From an uncultured Candidatus Saccharibacteria bacterium (GTDB lineage Bacteria > Patescibacteriota > Minisyncoccia > Phycocordibacterales > JAKAEA01), in contig CAZHGQ010000003.1 of assembly GCA_964532205.1 (NCBI GenBank), positions 4,382 through 68,381 of the forward strand: 64,000 nt of DNA. Direction: 5' to 3'. The notes beneath the pieces were generated by a model. It saw only the letters and a list, made by a program, of their open reading frames with translations. It was not told where the DNA came from and did no database searches. The position numbers and the translations under genes were made by a program. Shown here piece after piece: positions 9,646 through 18,368 of this stretch. Each line of letters opens with the position of its first letter. Position 1 is the first letter of the stretch.

Positions 9646-10218
9646 ATGACACCATTTGCTGAACAATTCGTTTATTTTAGTTCACTCGGTGTTGTGGTTT
9701 TGAATATTCTATTTGTTGTCGCTCTAGCTGTTTGGTTGGCGATTGGCTTAGGGAGTCGTCACTCGCTCGTGGCCAGTTTCTTTCGTTTCTTCACAGATTA
9801 TATTGAGCAGATTGGTTTTTTAGTCGCTCTAGCAGCTTTTGTTGGCAGTTTGATTTTTTCAAATATTATTGGCTTTGATCCATGCGAGCTGTGTTGGTGG
9901 CAGCGCGTGCTTATTTACCCACAGATCATTGTTTTTGGAGTCGCCTGGTATGAAAAGTGGCGACACAATAGGCGCAATGAAGGTTTGTTGCATGTTGCCT
10001 TGGTACTATCTTTACTTGGTCTCATTGTCGGAGGTATTCAGTCGTATAGCCAATTTTTTAATCCAGAATTATTGGCCGGTTGCGCAGCAGTGAGTGTGTC
10101 GTGTACAAAATTGTATTTCCAATCATTTGGCTATATTACTATCCCGGTTATGTCATTAAGCACATTCCTGTTTTTGTCTATTGTGCTCGGCATGAAAAAA
10201 TTGGTCCGACATGCATAA
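9646..10218 (+). CDS. Disulfide bond formation protein B family (DsbB/BdbC-like)
   Basis: PCELCWWQRVLIYP matches the BdbC/DsbB CxxC motif, and there is a second Cys pair (CAAVSVSC). The protein has 4 TM helices and is coupled to the upstream Trx gene. Confidence 0.7.
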   Translation: MTPFAEQFVYFSSLGVVVLNILFVVALAVWLAIGLGSRHSLVASFFRFFTDYIEQIGFLVALAAFVGSLIFSNIIGFDPCELCWWQRVLIYPQIIVFGVAWYEKWRHNRRNEGLLHVALVLSLLGLIVGGIQSYSQFFNPELLAGCAAVSVSCTKLYFQSFGYITIPVMSLSTFLFLSIVLGMKKLVRHA

Positions 10219-10792
10219 TTTACTCAACTACATTGTGGCCTTTGGTTACGTTGGTATAACGCTAACCGTATTTGCGGAGTCTGGTATTTTACTGGGCTTC
10301 TTTTTGCCAGGTGATTCGTTGTTGTTTACTGCGGGTATTTTAGCTGCCCAAGGTTACTTCAATATTTATTACCTGATTGGTCTATGTGTGGTAGCGGCTA
10401 TTGCCGGAGATAGTTTTGGTTATTATCTCGGTCATCGATTTGGTTCAAAACTCTTTGATCGTGAAGACTCACTGGTTTTTAAAAAGAAATATGTTGAGAC
10501 AACAGAACATTATTTTGCCAAATACGGTGTTCGTACAATTGTTTTGGCTCGCTTCATACCGATCGTGCGCACATTCGCGCCGGTCATGGCCGGTGTTGGT
10601 CAAATGAAATACCGAACATTTCTAACATTCAATATTGTTGGTGGTATCATTTGGGCGGGCGGCCTTTTGTCGGTCAGTTATATTCTCGGCCTTAAATTCA
10701 AAGGCATTGATGGTTACTTAAATTACATCATTATCGCAATTATTTTAATCTCGGTTGTACCGATGGTGTTCGAATATTTTCGACGAAAATAA
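10211..10792 (+). CDS. DedA-family (SNARE-associated/TVP38) membrane protein
   Basis: The motif GFFLPGDSLLFTAGILAA ... GDSFGYYLGHRFG is the DedA signature. Confidence 0.85.
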   Translation: MHNLLNYIVAFGYVGITLTVFAESGILLGFFLPGDSLLFTAGILAAQGYFNIYYLIGLCVVAAIAGDSFGYYLGHRFGSKLFDREDSLVFKKKYVETTEHYFAKYGVRTIVLARFIPIVRTFAPVMAGVGQMKYRTFLTFNIVGGIIWAGGLLSVSYILGLKFKGIDGYLNYIIIAIILISVVPMVFEYFRRK

Positions 10793-10793
10793 T

Positions 10794-11252
10794 ATGAAAT
10801 TTAATTCAACGGCTCGTTACACCCTTATTTTATGCTTGGTGTTGATCGTGTTAGTCGGTGCGGGTCGGTATTTCTTCAAACCAAAACCTCGTTCGCAATT
10901 GTCACAGCCGGTTAAACCAGTTGAACAGCCAGCTCAGCCAAAGCCACAACCCGTTGTTGAAGATCCAATTGTGTCTTGCGCTAAACGCTTGGCGGCTCAG
11001 ACCGAAAAAGATTCATATGTCCCTGGTAGTGTCTTGATCCGCTTCGCCGGCAGTGTTTCATATAATCAGGCCCAAGCCTTTTTGCAGAAAGCTAATCTCA
11101 CTTCAAATACCACTGAATCGGTCTATGCTGGCAGTCGTATCATGACCGTATCGACAAAACCTGGTAATGAATTTGCCGTTATTTGTGAATTTAAACAGAT
11201 GCCGTTAGTTAAAGGTGCAACACTTAATTACGTCTTTGAAATTCATCAGTAA
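10794..11252 (+). CDS. Secreted hypothetical protein with a Pro-rich linker
   Basis: Signal anchor, then PVKPVEQPAQPKPQPVVEDP, then a small globular domain with one Cys pair. Confidence 0.45.
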   Translation: MKFNSTARYTLILCLVLIVLVGAGRYFFKPKPRSQLSQPVKPVEQPAQPKPQPVVEDPIVSCAKRLAAQTEKDSYVPGSVLIRFAGSVSYNQAQAFLQKANLTSNTTESVYAGSRIMTVSTKPGNEFAVICEFKQMPLVKGATLNYVFEIHQ

Positions 11253-11350
11253 GATGACTGTTCTTGGTACGTCTATATCGATTATTCGTTAAAAATTAGT
11301 ATGTTGTAAAAAAGGGGGTTAGACACCTAAAATTGTGGTAGGATGGGCTT

Positions 11351-12238
11351 ATGAAAGGGAATGAACAGTCATTGGTCCAAATAACCGAACCGCAAGATCA
11401 GTATTGTCTGATTGATAGTGGTAATGGCGAAAAACTTGAAAAATATGGGGATTTCACAGTTTCGCGACCTGACCCACAGGCTTTGTGGCCAAAATCTCTG
11501 CCTGAATCAGAGTGGCACAAAGCTCAAGCGGTTTTTTCACGTTCAAGTGAAAAAGCTGGCTGGAAATTACATGAGGGTGTACCAGAGCGTTGGTCAATTG
11601 AGTTCGGAGGTTTAAAACTTTGGATTCGTCCAACTTCGTTCAAACATACCGGTTTATTTCCGGAACAACTTGAAAATTGGCAATGGTTACAAAAAGTAAT
11701 TCGAGCGCAGAGTATAACTGAACCAATTCGGATTCTTAATTTATTCGGGTATACCGGCGGCGCAAGCTTGGCTTGCGCCGCCGCCGGGGCGGAAGTTACT
11801 CACGTTGATGGCTCAAAATCAGCGACAACGTGGGCTAAAGAAAACGCTGAACGTTCCAATCTTCAAGATAAACCAATTCGCTGGATTCTCGATGACGCTC
11901 GGACATTTGTTGGTCGAGAAATCAAGCGCGGTAAAACATACCATGGAATTATCATGGATCCACCAGCTTTTGGTCACGGACCAGAAGGGCAGGTGTGGAA
12001 AGTTGAAGATGATTTTTTGCAACTCATTGAAGATTGTAAAAAGATTCTTGATCCTCAAGCTATTCTGGTTCTGCTCAATGGGTATGCGGCTGGTTACTCA
12101 GCGTTCTCATACGAATATAACTTACGAAATTTAGTCGGTGATCGCTCAGGAGTTGTTGAGCGTGGCGAATTAACAATTCGCGAATCAACCTCAGGCCGCC
12201 TCTTGCCTTCAGGGATTTACGCTCGTTGGTCAAAATAA
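11351..12238 (+). CDS. Class I SAM-dependent methyltransferase, RlmI/YccW-like (probable rRNA m5C methyltransferase)
   Basis: LNLFGYTGGASLACAAAGA is the GxGxG SAM motif, DDARTF is motif IV-like, and DPPAFGHG is present. Confidence 0.65.
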   Translation: MKGNEQSLVQITEPQDQYCLIDSGNGEKLEKYGDFTVSRPDPQALWPKSLPESEWHKAQAVFSRSSEKAGWKLHEGVPERWSIEFGGLKLWIRPTSFKHTGLFPEQLENWQWLQKVIRAQSITEPIRILNLFGYTGGASLACAAAGAEVTHVDGSKSATTWAKENAERSNLQDKPIRWILDDARTFVGREIKRGKTYHGIIMDPPAFGHGPEGQVWKVEDDFLQLIEDCKKILDPQAILVLLNGYAAGYSAFSYEYNLRNLVGDRSGVVERGELTIRESTSGRLLPSGIYARWSK

Positions 12239-12250
12239 TTATTGTTATAC

Positions 12251-12763
12251 ATGACAAACTCTCAAGACCTTCAAAAGGAGGATTTCATTCGTCTTTATGA
12301 TGAAATAGCTGACCAGTTGTTTCGTCATTGTTTTTATAAGCTTTCCAACCGTGAGATGGCTCTTGATCTGGCTCAGGAAACATTTACCAGAACGTGGCAA
12401 TATCTCAATGCTGGCAAAGAGGTGAAGAATGTTAAGGCATTCGTTTTCAAGGTGGCCAACAATTTAATTATTGATTATTACCGTAAGAAAAAATCAGCTT
12501 CCTTGGAAGTTATGCAAGAACAAACAGGTTTTGATGCACCGGTTAACGAACACCTTGAAACAGTTAAGAAAGCCGAGGTGGATACAGTCATGGTTCATAT
12601 TAATAAATTAGACGATCGATACCGTGACGTGATCATTATGAGGTATGTTGATGATCTTTCACCAAAAGAAATTGCTCACATTCTGGGTGAATCAGAAAAT
12701 GCAGTTTCTGTCAGAATTAATCGAGCCTTAAAAAAGGTTAAGTATATGCTAAAATTATCATAA
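12251..12763 (+). CDS. ECF-type RNA polymerase sigma-70 family factor
   Basis: Region 2 reads LAQETFTRTWQ ... NLIIDYYR and region 4 reads LSPKEIAHILGESENAVSVRINRALKK. The ATG at 12251 is preferred over the TTG at 12242. Confidence 0.75.
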   Translation: MTNSQDLQKEDFIRLYDEIADQLFRHCFYKLSNREMALDLAQETFTRTWQYLNAGKEVKNVKAFVFKVANNLIIDYYRKKKSASLEVMQEQTGFDAPVNEHLETVKKAEVDTVMVHINKLDDRYRDVIIMRYVDDLSPKEIAHILGESENAVSVRINRALKKVKYMLKLS

Positions 12764-12772
12764 TAGACTTCC

Positions 12773-12967
12773 ATGAAGCAGACCATTGAAACCATCCGTG
12801 CTCACACCAAGTCAACAGCGCTCAATGAAGAGGAGCGCAAGCAAATGCGTGATTTATTAATGGATTATATTCAAAAAAATCCAATCCAGACTTCTGCTGA
12901 TTTGCCCGATTTGGATGCACCCCAGAAGAAGTCTTTGTTTAAAAGACTTTTCTCAATTTTTACATGA
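12773..12967 (+). CDS. Small hypothetical protein downstream of the ECF sigma factor (possible anti-sigma or partner; no TM helix)
   Basis: A 64-aa ORF in operon position, overlapping the next gene's start by 4 nt. Confidence 0.3.
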   Translation: MKQTIETIRAHTKSTALNEEERKQMRDLLMDYIQKNPIQTSADLPDLDAPQKKSLFKRLFSIFT

Positions 12968-13653
12968 AACGCCACCAGAGAATGGTGCACACACTTATAG
13001 TCATTGGAGTCAGCTTGTTTTTGGGCTTCATGTTTTTGGCTGTAAATGTTGGCAGTGAAGAATACGGACCACATATTTCCAAGACAGACCATACAGTCCA
13101 AACTCTGGCTTCAGAGGTTGCACCACGTTCTGAAACATTTTCTTTTTTTAATACGATCACTCACTTGGCTAGTCCGAGTGCACTAATTATATTCTCAGTA
13201 ATTATTGCGGCGATATTATTTTTTGTGCAGCGTCGTCGGCTGGCCGCGCTGTTTATTGTTTTGTTAATGACCACTGGTTTGGTCAGTCAGATGTATAAGG
13301 TTTTGATTGCGCGCCAGCGGCCAGCCGACATCCTTTCCGATGTTACATATTTTGGTTACGCCTTTCCTAGTGGTCACGCTCTGGCGGCTACACTATTCTA
13401 TGGCTTCTTGGCCTTTTGTATAATTCACGCCACCAGACGTTGGTGGATTCAGGTTGCTATTTTTTGCTTCGCCGCACTGCTCATTGTATTAATTGGTTTG
13501 TCTCGAATTTTCATCGGTGCCCACTGGTTTTCTGATGTTATTGGCGGCTGGTTGCTTGGCGGCTCATTATTATCGTTCTTTATCGCGCTCTTCTACATTA
13601 CCAATCGGGTTGTTACCGATCGGGAACGAAAGCGTAGTATAATGAAAGCCTAA
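12964..13653 (+). CDS. PAP2-superfamily phosphatase (acid phosphatase / undecaprenyl-PP phosphatase-like)
   Basis: The motifs KVLIARQRP, FPSGH and SRIFIGAHWFSDVIGG match the PAP2 motifs KxxxxxxRP, PSGH and SRxxxxxHxxxD. Confidence 0.8.
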   Translation: MKRHQRMVHTLIVIGVSLFLGFMFLAVNVGSEEYGPHISKTDHTVQTLASEVAPRSETFSFFNTITHLASPSALIIFSVIIAAILFFVQRRRLAALFIVLLMTTGLVSQMYKVLIARQRPADILSDVTYFGYAFPSGHALAATLFYGFLAFCIIHATRRWWIQVAIFCFAALLIVLIGLSRIFIGAHWFSDVIGGWLLGGSLLSFFIALFYITNRVVTDRERKRSIMKA

Positions 13654-13663
13654 TATAATTAAT

Positions 13664-14434
13664 ATGGAACCAAACACACAACAAATCTTACAGCGCAATC
13701 GCGTGCTTACCATTGCGATGTTTGCAGTGCTTATTGCACTTTTTATTACTCTTGTTAATAAACCTCGTACGGGTGAGGTGAAGCCATCGATTTCAGTTAC
13801 CGGCTCAGCAGAAGTTACCGCCGTACCTGACACCGCTACAATTTCATTTTCAGTTATTGAAACAGCTAAAACTGTAGAGGTTGCCCAAAAGCAGGCAACA
13901 GAGCGAATGAATAAAGCTCTGACATATTTGAAGTCTGTCGGGGTTGATGAGAAGGATATAAAGACATCAAACTATAGCGTTAACCCTCAGTATGAATATA
14001 AAAATGTAACTTGTTTTCGTGCTCCATGCGAAAGCTCACAAGTCCTTGTAGGTTATCAGGCAGTTCAGGGTGTGGAAGTTAAAGTTCGTAAGACAGATCA
14101 GGCCGGAACAATAATCGGGGGATTGGGCACTGCTGGCGTGCAAAATATTTACGGCCCAAATTTTGGTTTTGACGATGATACAAAGATTCAGGACCAGGCC
14201 CGGGAAAAGGCCATTGCCAATGCCAAAGCTAAAGCTGAGGTATTAGCTAAGCAGCTCGGTGTTCGTCTCGGCAAGGTCTCATCATTCTCAGAAACATTGG
14301 GCGGATTCCCAATTGCCTATGCCGCAAAAATGGATGCAGTCTCAAGTCAGGGTTCAGCAGCTCCGGTTCCCGAGTTGCCAACCGGTCAAAACAAAGTTAC
14401 CTCGAGTGTGACAATTACCTACGAAATCTATTAA
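13664..14434 (+). CDS. SIMPL/DUF541-domain periplasmic or surface protein
   Basis: ISVTGSAEVTAVPDTATISFSV ... and a C-terminal LPTGQNKVTSSVTITYEI are typical of SIMPL. Confidence 0.7.
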   Translation: MEPNTQQILQRNRVLTIAMFAVLIALFITLVNKPRTGEVKPSISVTGSAEVTAVPDTATISFSVIETAKTVEVAQKQATERMNKALTYLKSVGVDEKDIKTSNYSVNPQYEYKNVTCFRAPCESSQVLVGYQAVQGVEVKVRKTDQAGTIIGGLGTAGVQNIYGPNFGFDDDTKIQDQAREKAIANAKAKAEVLAKQLGVRLGKVSSFSETLGGFPIAYAAKMDAVSSQGSAAPVPELPTGQNKVTSSVTITYEIY

Positions 14435-14473
14435 TTGACAATCCAGACTATAGCGAGTATAGTATTAAGAACT

Positions 14474-14494
14474 GGCCCCTCGGGGCGGTTTTTA
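14474..14494 (+). terminator. Intrinsic-terminator-like hairpin GGCCCC-TC-GGGGC followed by a T-run
   Basis: Read directly from the sequence. It follows the SIMPL gene and precedes secE. Confidence 0.4.
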
Positions 14495-14513
14495 ATACCT
14501 TTAGCAATTACAT

Positions 14514-14696
14514 ATGGCATTAGGTGAATACATCAAAGAAACACGCGCGGAACTTAAACATGTCTCATGGCCAACACGTCGTCAGGCAATTATTTTCACT
14601 GCGCTCGTTATCGTGCTTTCAATCGGCTTAGCCCTCGTCCTCGGTGTCTTTGACTATTTGTTCGCCGAGGGTATCAAACTCCTTATCAATCGCTAA
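14514..14696 (+). CDS. secE: Preprotein translocase subunit SecE
   Basis: 60 aa with the conserved region ETRAELKHVSWPTRRQ and a single TM helix. It lies immediately upstream of nusG. Confidence 0.8.
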   Translation: MALGEYIKETRAELKHVSWPTRRQAIIFTALVIVLSIGLALVLGVFDYLFAEGIKLLINR

Positions 14697-14715
14697 TTAA
14701 TTTATTACGTAATAT

Positions 14716-15261
14716 ATGTCAAAACAAAAACTTGACGAAGGTCGAAATTGGTACGTGATCCACACCTACGCTGGTTACGAAAACGCCGTGGCCCGTAACT
14801 TACGACAACGCATTGAATCACTCGGCATGGAAAACAAAATTTTCCAAGTCATTGTGCCAACTGAAAAGAAAATCAAAGTTAAAGGCGGCAAGCGCGTTGA
14901 GGAAGAAGAAAAAATATATCCAGGCTACATTCTGGTAGACATGATTGTGACCGATGATTCGTGGTACGTGGTCCGTAACACGCCACGTGTAACTGGTTTC
15001 GTTGGTTCAGGTGTTTATCCGGTACCAATTGCTAAAGAAGAAATTGATTACTTGATGGGTCGTATGTCGAGTGAAAATGTTAAACACACAATCAATCTCG
15101 ATATCAATGACCATGTCATGATTGCTGACGGTCCATTCAAGGACTTGGAAGGCAAGGTGAGTGAAGTTGATGAAGAGCGGGGCAAGGTTAAGGTCCTAGT
15201 CAACATGTTCGGTCGCGAAACTCCCGTTGAACTCGATTTCCTTCAGGTCAAAAAGATCTAA
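14716..15261 (+). CDS. nusG: Transcription termination/antitermination factor NusG
   Basis: WYVIHTYAGYENAV marks the NGN domain and a C-terminal KOW domain GKVSEVDEERGKVKVLVNMFGRETPVELDF is present. The secE-nusG-rplK synteny supports the call. Confidence 0.9.
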   Translation: MSKQKLDEGRNWYVIHTYAGYENAVARNLRQRIESLGMENKIFQVIVPTEKKIKVKGGKRVEEEEKIYPGYILVDMIVTDDSWYVVRNTPRVTGFVGSGVYPVPIAKEEIDYLMGRMSSENVKHTINLDINDHVMIADGPFKDLEGKVSEVDEERGKVKVLVNMFGRETPVELDFLQVKKI

Positions 15262-15367
15262 ATTCTACTCTTGATTTTTCCCAAATAATCAGTATTATAG
15301 GGGAACTGTTACGCGTATTTAGTAGCCATTGAGCTTCAGACAAGGGCTACAGACAATAACATTTACT

Positions 15368-15790
15368 ATGGCAAAGAAAGTCGTAAAAATCTTAAAAATG
15401 CAGATCCCGGGTGGTAAGGCTGTACCAGGTCAGCAACTCGGTCCAGTACTTGGTGGTGCTGGTATCAACATTGGTGAATTCGTAAAACGATTCAATGATG
15501 AAACAAAGACTCGAGTCGGTGAGACTGTTCCAACAATTGTGGAAGTCTACGATGATCGATCGTACAAGATGATCTACAAACTTGAACCAGTTGCTGCGAT
15601 GATTATGAAATCAATTGGCATCGAAAAAGGTTCAGGTAAACCAAACACTTCAAAGGTTGGCACAATCACCAAAGCAAAAATTAAAGAAATTGCTGAAAAG
15701 AAAATGCCGGACCTCAACGCTGCTTCAGTCGAAGCCGCAATGCGAATTGTTGAGGGTCAGTGCCGTTCAATGGGTGTTGACGTCAAATAA
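15368..15790 (+). CDS. rplK: 50S ribosomal protein L11
   Basis: The sequence KVVKILKMQIPGGKAVPGQQLGPVLGGAGINIGEFVKRFN is canonical L11. Confidence 0.95.
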   Translation: MAKKVVKILKMQIPGGKAVPGQQLGPVLGGAGINIGEFVKRFNDETKTRVGETVPTIVEVYDDRSYKMIYKLEPVAAMIMKSIGIEKGSGKPNTSKVGTITKAKIKEIAEKKMPDLNAASVEAAMRIVEGQCRSMGVDVK

Positions 15791-15800
15791 AAATTGTTCA

Positions 15801-15836
15801 ATAACAAAGGCCGCGCGTACGCGCGGCCTTTGTTAT
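15801..15836 (+). terminator. Long perfect hairpin ATAACAAAGGCCGCGCG-TAC-CGCGCGGCCTTTGTTAT immediately after rplK
   Basis: A 16-17-bp GC-rich stem read directly. It terminates the secE-nusG-rplK unit in the place where rplA would normally continue. Confidence 0.6.
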
Positions 15837-15942
15837 CCACAAGATACCCACAAATCAATTTTCTTTTGCACGTAATAGTTCTATAATGAGTCAGTATTAA
15901 AACATACCCAAATCTTGTCTCAATTTGGTGTTCAAATATTTT

Positions 15943-16605
15943 ATGGCCTTGCACATTATTAAAAAGAATCTCAAGAGGTCAGTCACAGTATCACTCATTT
16001 TATCCTTGGTAATTTTGACAGGGTATGTCACCTACGAAGGATCGGTGGTCTATGCTGCCTCGGCAAATACGAACGTTGTGGTAACGTTGCAGGTTGATAC
16101 TGGTATTAGTATCACTGCAGACAGTGCTACAAAAGTAATGAGTAATAGTTTGGGCGTCAGTTCTCACACAGCTGTCGCAACTTCGACATTTACAGTGGCA
16201 ACTAACAACGCCATCGGTTATACCTTGGCATTAAATGCCTCGACAAATCCGGCTATGAAGTCGGGTTCAAACTATGTTAGCGATTATGCTACAACAACGA
16301 ACCCAAGTACGTGGTCGGTCGCTTCCGGTGATGCGCGGTTTGGTTTTTCTGCGTTCGGTAATGACGTGAATACTACAACCTGGGGAACTGGTAGTTTCTG
16401 TAACGGTGCTGCTACAAGTACTATTTCGACAACGTTGAAGTATTACGGTTTTTACACAAATGCTACAACTACAGCAACTCGTGCCTCAACAACCACACCC
16501 TCTGGTGTAACAACAACCGTTTGCTACGCTGTACAGCAAAACAACACATATATTCCATCTGGCACATATACAGCCACAATTACTGGTACGGCAACAACGC
16601 TCTAA
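15943..16605 (+). CDS. Secreted Thr-rich beta-rich surface protein, paralog A (WxL-like or pilin-like; family uncertain)
   Basis: Signal anchor, then a TWSVASGD motif. The C-terminus TYTATITGTATTL is shared with the protein at 17611..18363. The ATG at 15943 is preferred over the TTG at 15925. Confidence 0.5.
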   Translation: MALHIIKKNLKRSVTVSLILSLVILTGYVTYEGSVVYAASANTNVVVTLQVDTGISITADSATKVMSNSLGVSSHTAVATSTFTVATNNAIGYTLALNASTNPAMKSGSNYVSDYATTTNPSTWSVASGDARFGFSAFGNDVNTTTWGTGSFCNGAATSTISTTLKYYGFYTNATTTATRASTTTPSGVTTTVCYAVQQNNTYIPSGTYTATITGTATTL

Positions 16606-16615
16606 CACTTACCAT

Positions 16616-17596
16616 ATGAAAAAAACCTTGACCTTGGGCCTGATATGTTCAATCCTGGTCATCCCTCAGGTTGCGGTTTTTGCGCAGGCTCAGAATTCTC
16701 CAAAGTTACGTATTGATACAATTAACGTTGAGGCCAAAAATGACTTCGTGCTTGAACCAGGTAAGGCCCAAATCTTCGTTAATCCAGGCGATACGATTAC
16801 AAAGGAAATTTATATTACAAACCGCGTACCTGGCCAAACCACATTTCGAGTTGAAATTCAGGATATTAAAGGTAGTTCTGATCCAAATCAACCCGTGGTT
16901 ATCTTGGACGGTGAGCGAGGTCCATACTCAGCCAAAGATTTTATTACTGCTAACCCAGGACTATTTACATTGTCATTTGGCCAGCGTCTGACGATTCCGG
17001 TTACAATTACGATTCCTAAAGATACACCACCGGGGGATTACGACTCATCGGTGTTAATTTCGAATTCACCGACTGTGTTAGGTACGTCAACTGACAACAC
17101 AACCACTCAGGGTCAAACACGAATTATTTCTCGACTCGGTACTCTGTTTTTAATCCGAGTTAATGGCGATGCGAATGAAAGTGGTCAGCTTGAAGAATTC
17201 AAATTAGCTGGGCCAAAAAAACTTTTCTATACAAAGGGTCCGTTTACATTCGAAGCGCTTTTCAACAACACTGGTAATGTTCACTTGGTACCGTACGGTA
17301 TGATTACGATTCGAAATATTTTTGGCAAAACTGTGGCTCAAGTACCGGTTGATGCGTATTATTCGTTGCCAAGTTCACTGCGTCATCGTTCTGTTACGTG
17401 GGATGTGTCTATGCTTTTGGGCAGATACAAAGCCACGCTTGAACTGCATCGAGGATACGGCACGGCAGTTGATACAATGGCTGTTTCATTTTGGGTAATT
17501 CCATGGAAGATTCTCTTGGCTGTCTTTGCTGCGGTATTTGTTCTAGCACTTCTGCTTATCATTTTCTTAAACATGTTCGAGTTGCGTCGTAGGTAA
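16616..17596 (+). CDS. Secreted protein with a C-terminal TM anchor and a short basic tail (architecture like DUF916/DUF3324 cell-surface proteins)
   Basis: A cleavable signal peptide (VAVFAQAQN), a beta-rich body, and a C-terminus WKILLAVFAAVFVLALLLIIFLNMFELRRR. Confidence 0.5.
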   Translation: MKKTLTLGLICSILVIPQVAVFAQAQNSPKLRIDTINVEAKNDFVLEPGKAQIFVNPGDTITKEIYITNRVPGQTTFRVEIQDIKGSSDPNQPVVILDGERGPYSAKDFITANPGLFTLSFGQRLTIPVTITIPKDTPPGDYDSSVLISNSPTVLGTSTDNTTTQGQTRIISRLGTLFLIRVNGDANESGQLEEFKLAGPKKLFYTKGPFTFEALFNNTGNVHLVPYGMITIRNIFGKTVAQVPVDAYYSLPSSLRHRSVTWDVSMLLGRYKATLELHRGYGTAVDTMAVSFWVIPWKILLAVFAAVFVLALLLIIFLNMFELRRR

Positions 17597-17610
17597 AAGG
17601 GATTAGGACT

Positions 17611-18363
17611 ATGAATCTTTCTCCCCGAATGATAATTGGAGTTCTCATCTTGCTATTTTGTTTGCCACTTTCGATGATGGCTGCGGTTATGTCGAGCTCA
17701 AATTATAAAATTCAGTCTGACAGCATCAACTTTGGCGGTGGTAGTTCGGCTTCGACAAACTATCTCGGTCAAGATACTTTGGGTGAAATTGGTACTGGTG
17801 ATTCATCGAGTGAAAATTATCGTATGCATGCGGGTTATCAGCAAATGCAGGAAAGTTTTATTTCGCTTTCCGTAACTGGTAATCCAAATTTGGGTAATAT
17901 GGGTGGTATTTCTGGGGGTTCGACGATTGGTTCGACAACCTGGAAAGTTATTACTGATAGTCCGAGCGGTTATCAAATGACTACTCAAGCGGCCACCAGT
18001 CCGGCCATGCAAGGAACGCTCGGAGCCTATTTCTCAGATTACAATCCAGCCGGTGCGCCAACTCCTGATTACACTATGACTGTTGGTTCTGGAGAGTCGG
18101 CTTTCGGTTTTTCACCTGAAGGTACAGACATAATTGCTACGTATCGCGATAATGGTAGCGCTTGCAATACTGGCAGTTCTGATAATACAGATCGATGTTG
18201 GGATGGTTTTAGTACGTCACCAAAAGTAATTTCACAAGGCACAGGCGCCACACTTACCGGTACAGATACCGTGCTTAAGTTTCAAGCCAAGATTGGAAAT
18301 GATAAGATTCAAGATGCACAGTCATATTCTGCGACAATCACTGTGACCGCTGTAACACTTTAG
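17611..18363 (+). CDS. Secreted beta-rich surface protein, paralog C (homologous to 15943..16605)
   Basis: Signal anchor, then a TTWKVITDSP motif. The C-terminus SYSATITVTAVTL aligns with paralog A. Confidence 0.5.
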   Translation: MNLSPRMIIGVLILLFCLPLSMMAAVMSSSNYKIQSDSINFGGGSSASTNYLGQDTLGEIGTGDSSSENYRMHAGYQQMQESFISLSVTGNPNLGNMGGISGGSTIGSTTWKVITDSPSGYQMTTQAATSPAMQGTLGAYFSDYNPAGAPTPDYTMTVGSGESAFGFSPEGTDIIATYRDNGSACNTGSSDNTDRCWDGFSTSPKVISQGTGATLTGTDTVLKFQAKIGNDKIQDAQSYSATITVTAVTL

Positions 18364-18368
18364 TTAGT

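Noticed and set aside
15262-15367. Possible L11/L1 autoregulatory leader RNA upstream of rplK
   Set aside because: No recognisable L1-stalk-like or L10(L12)4-binding secondary structure could be identified by eye. rplA is absent, so the classical L1 autoregulatory target may not exist here.
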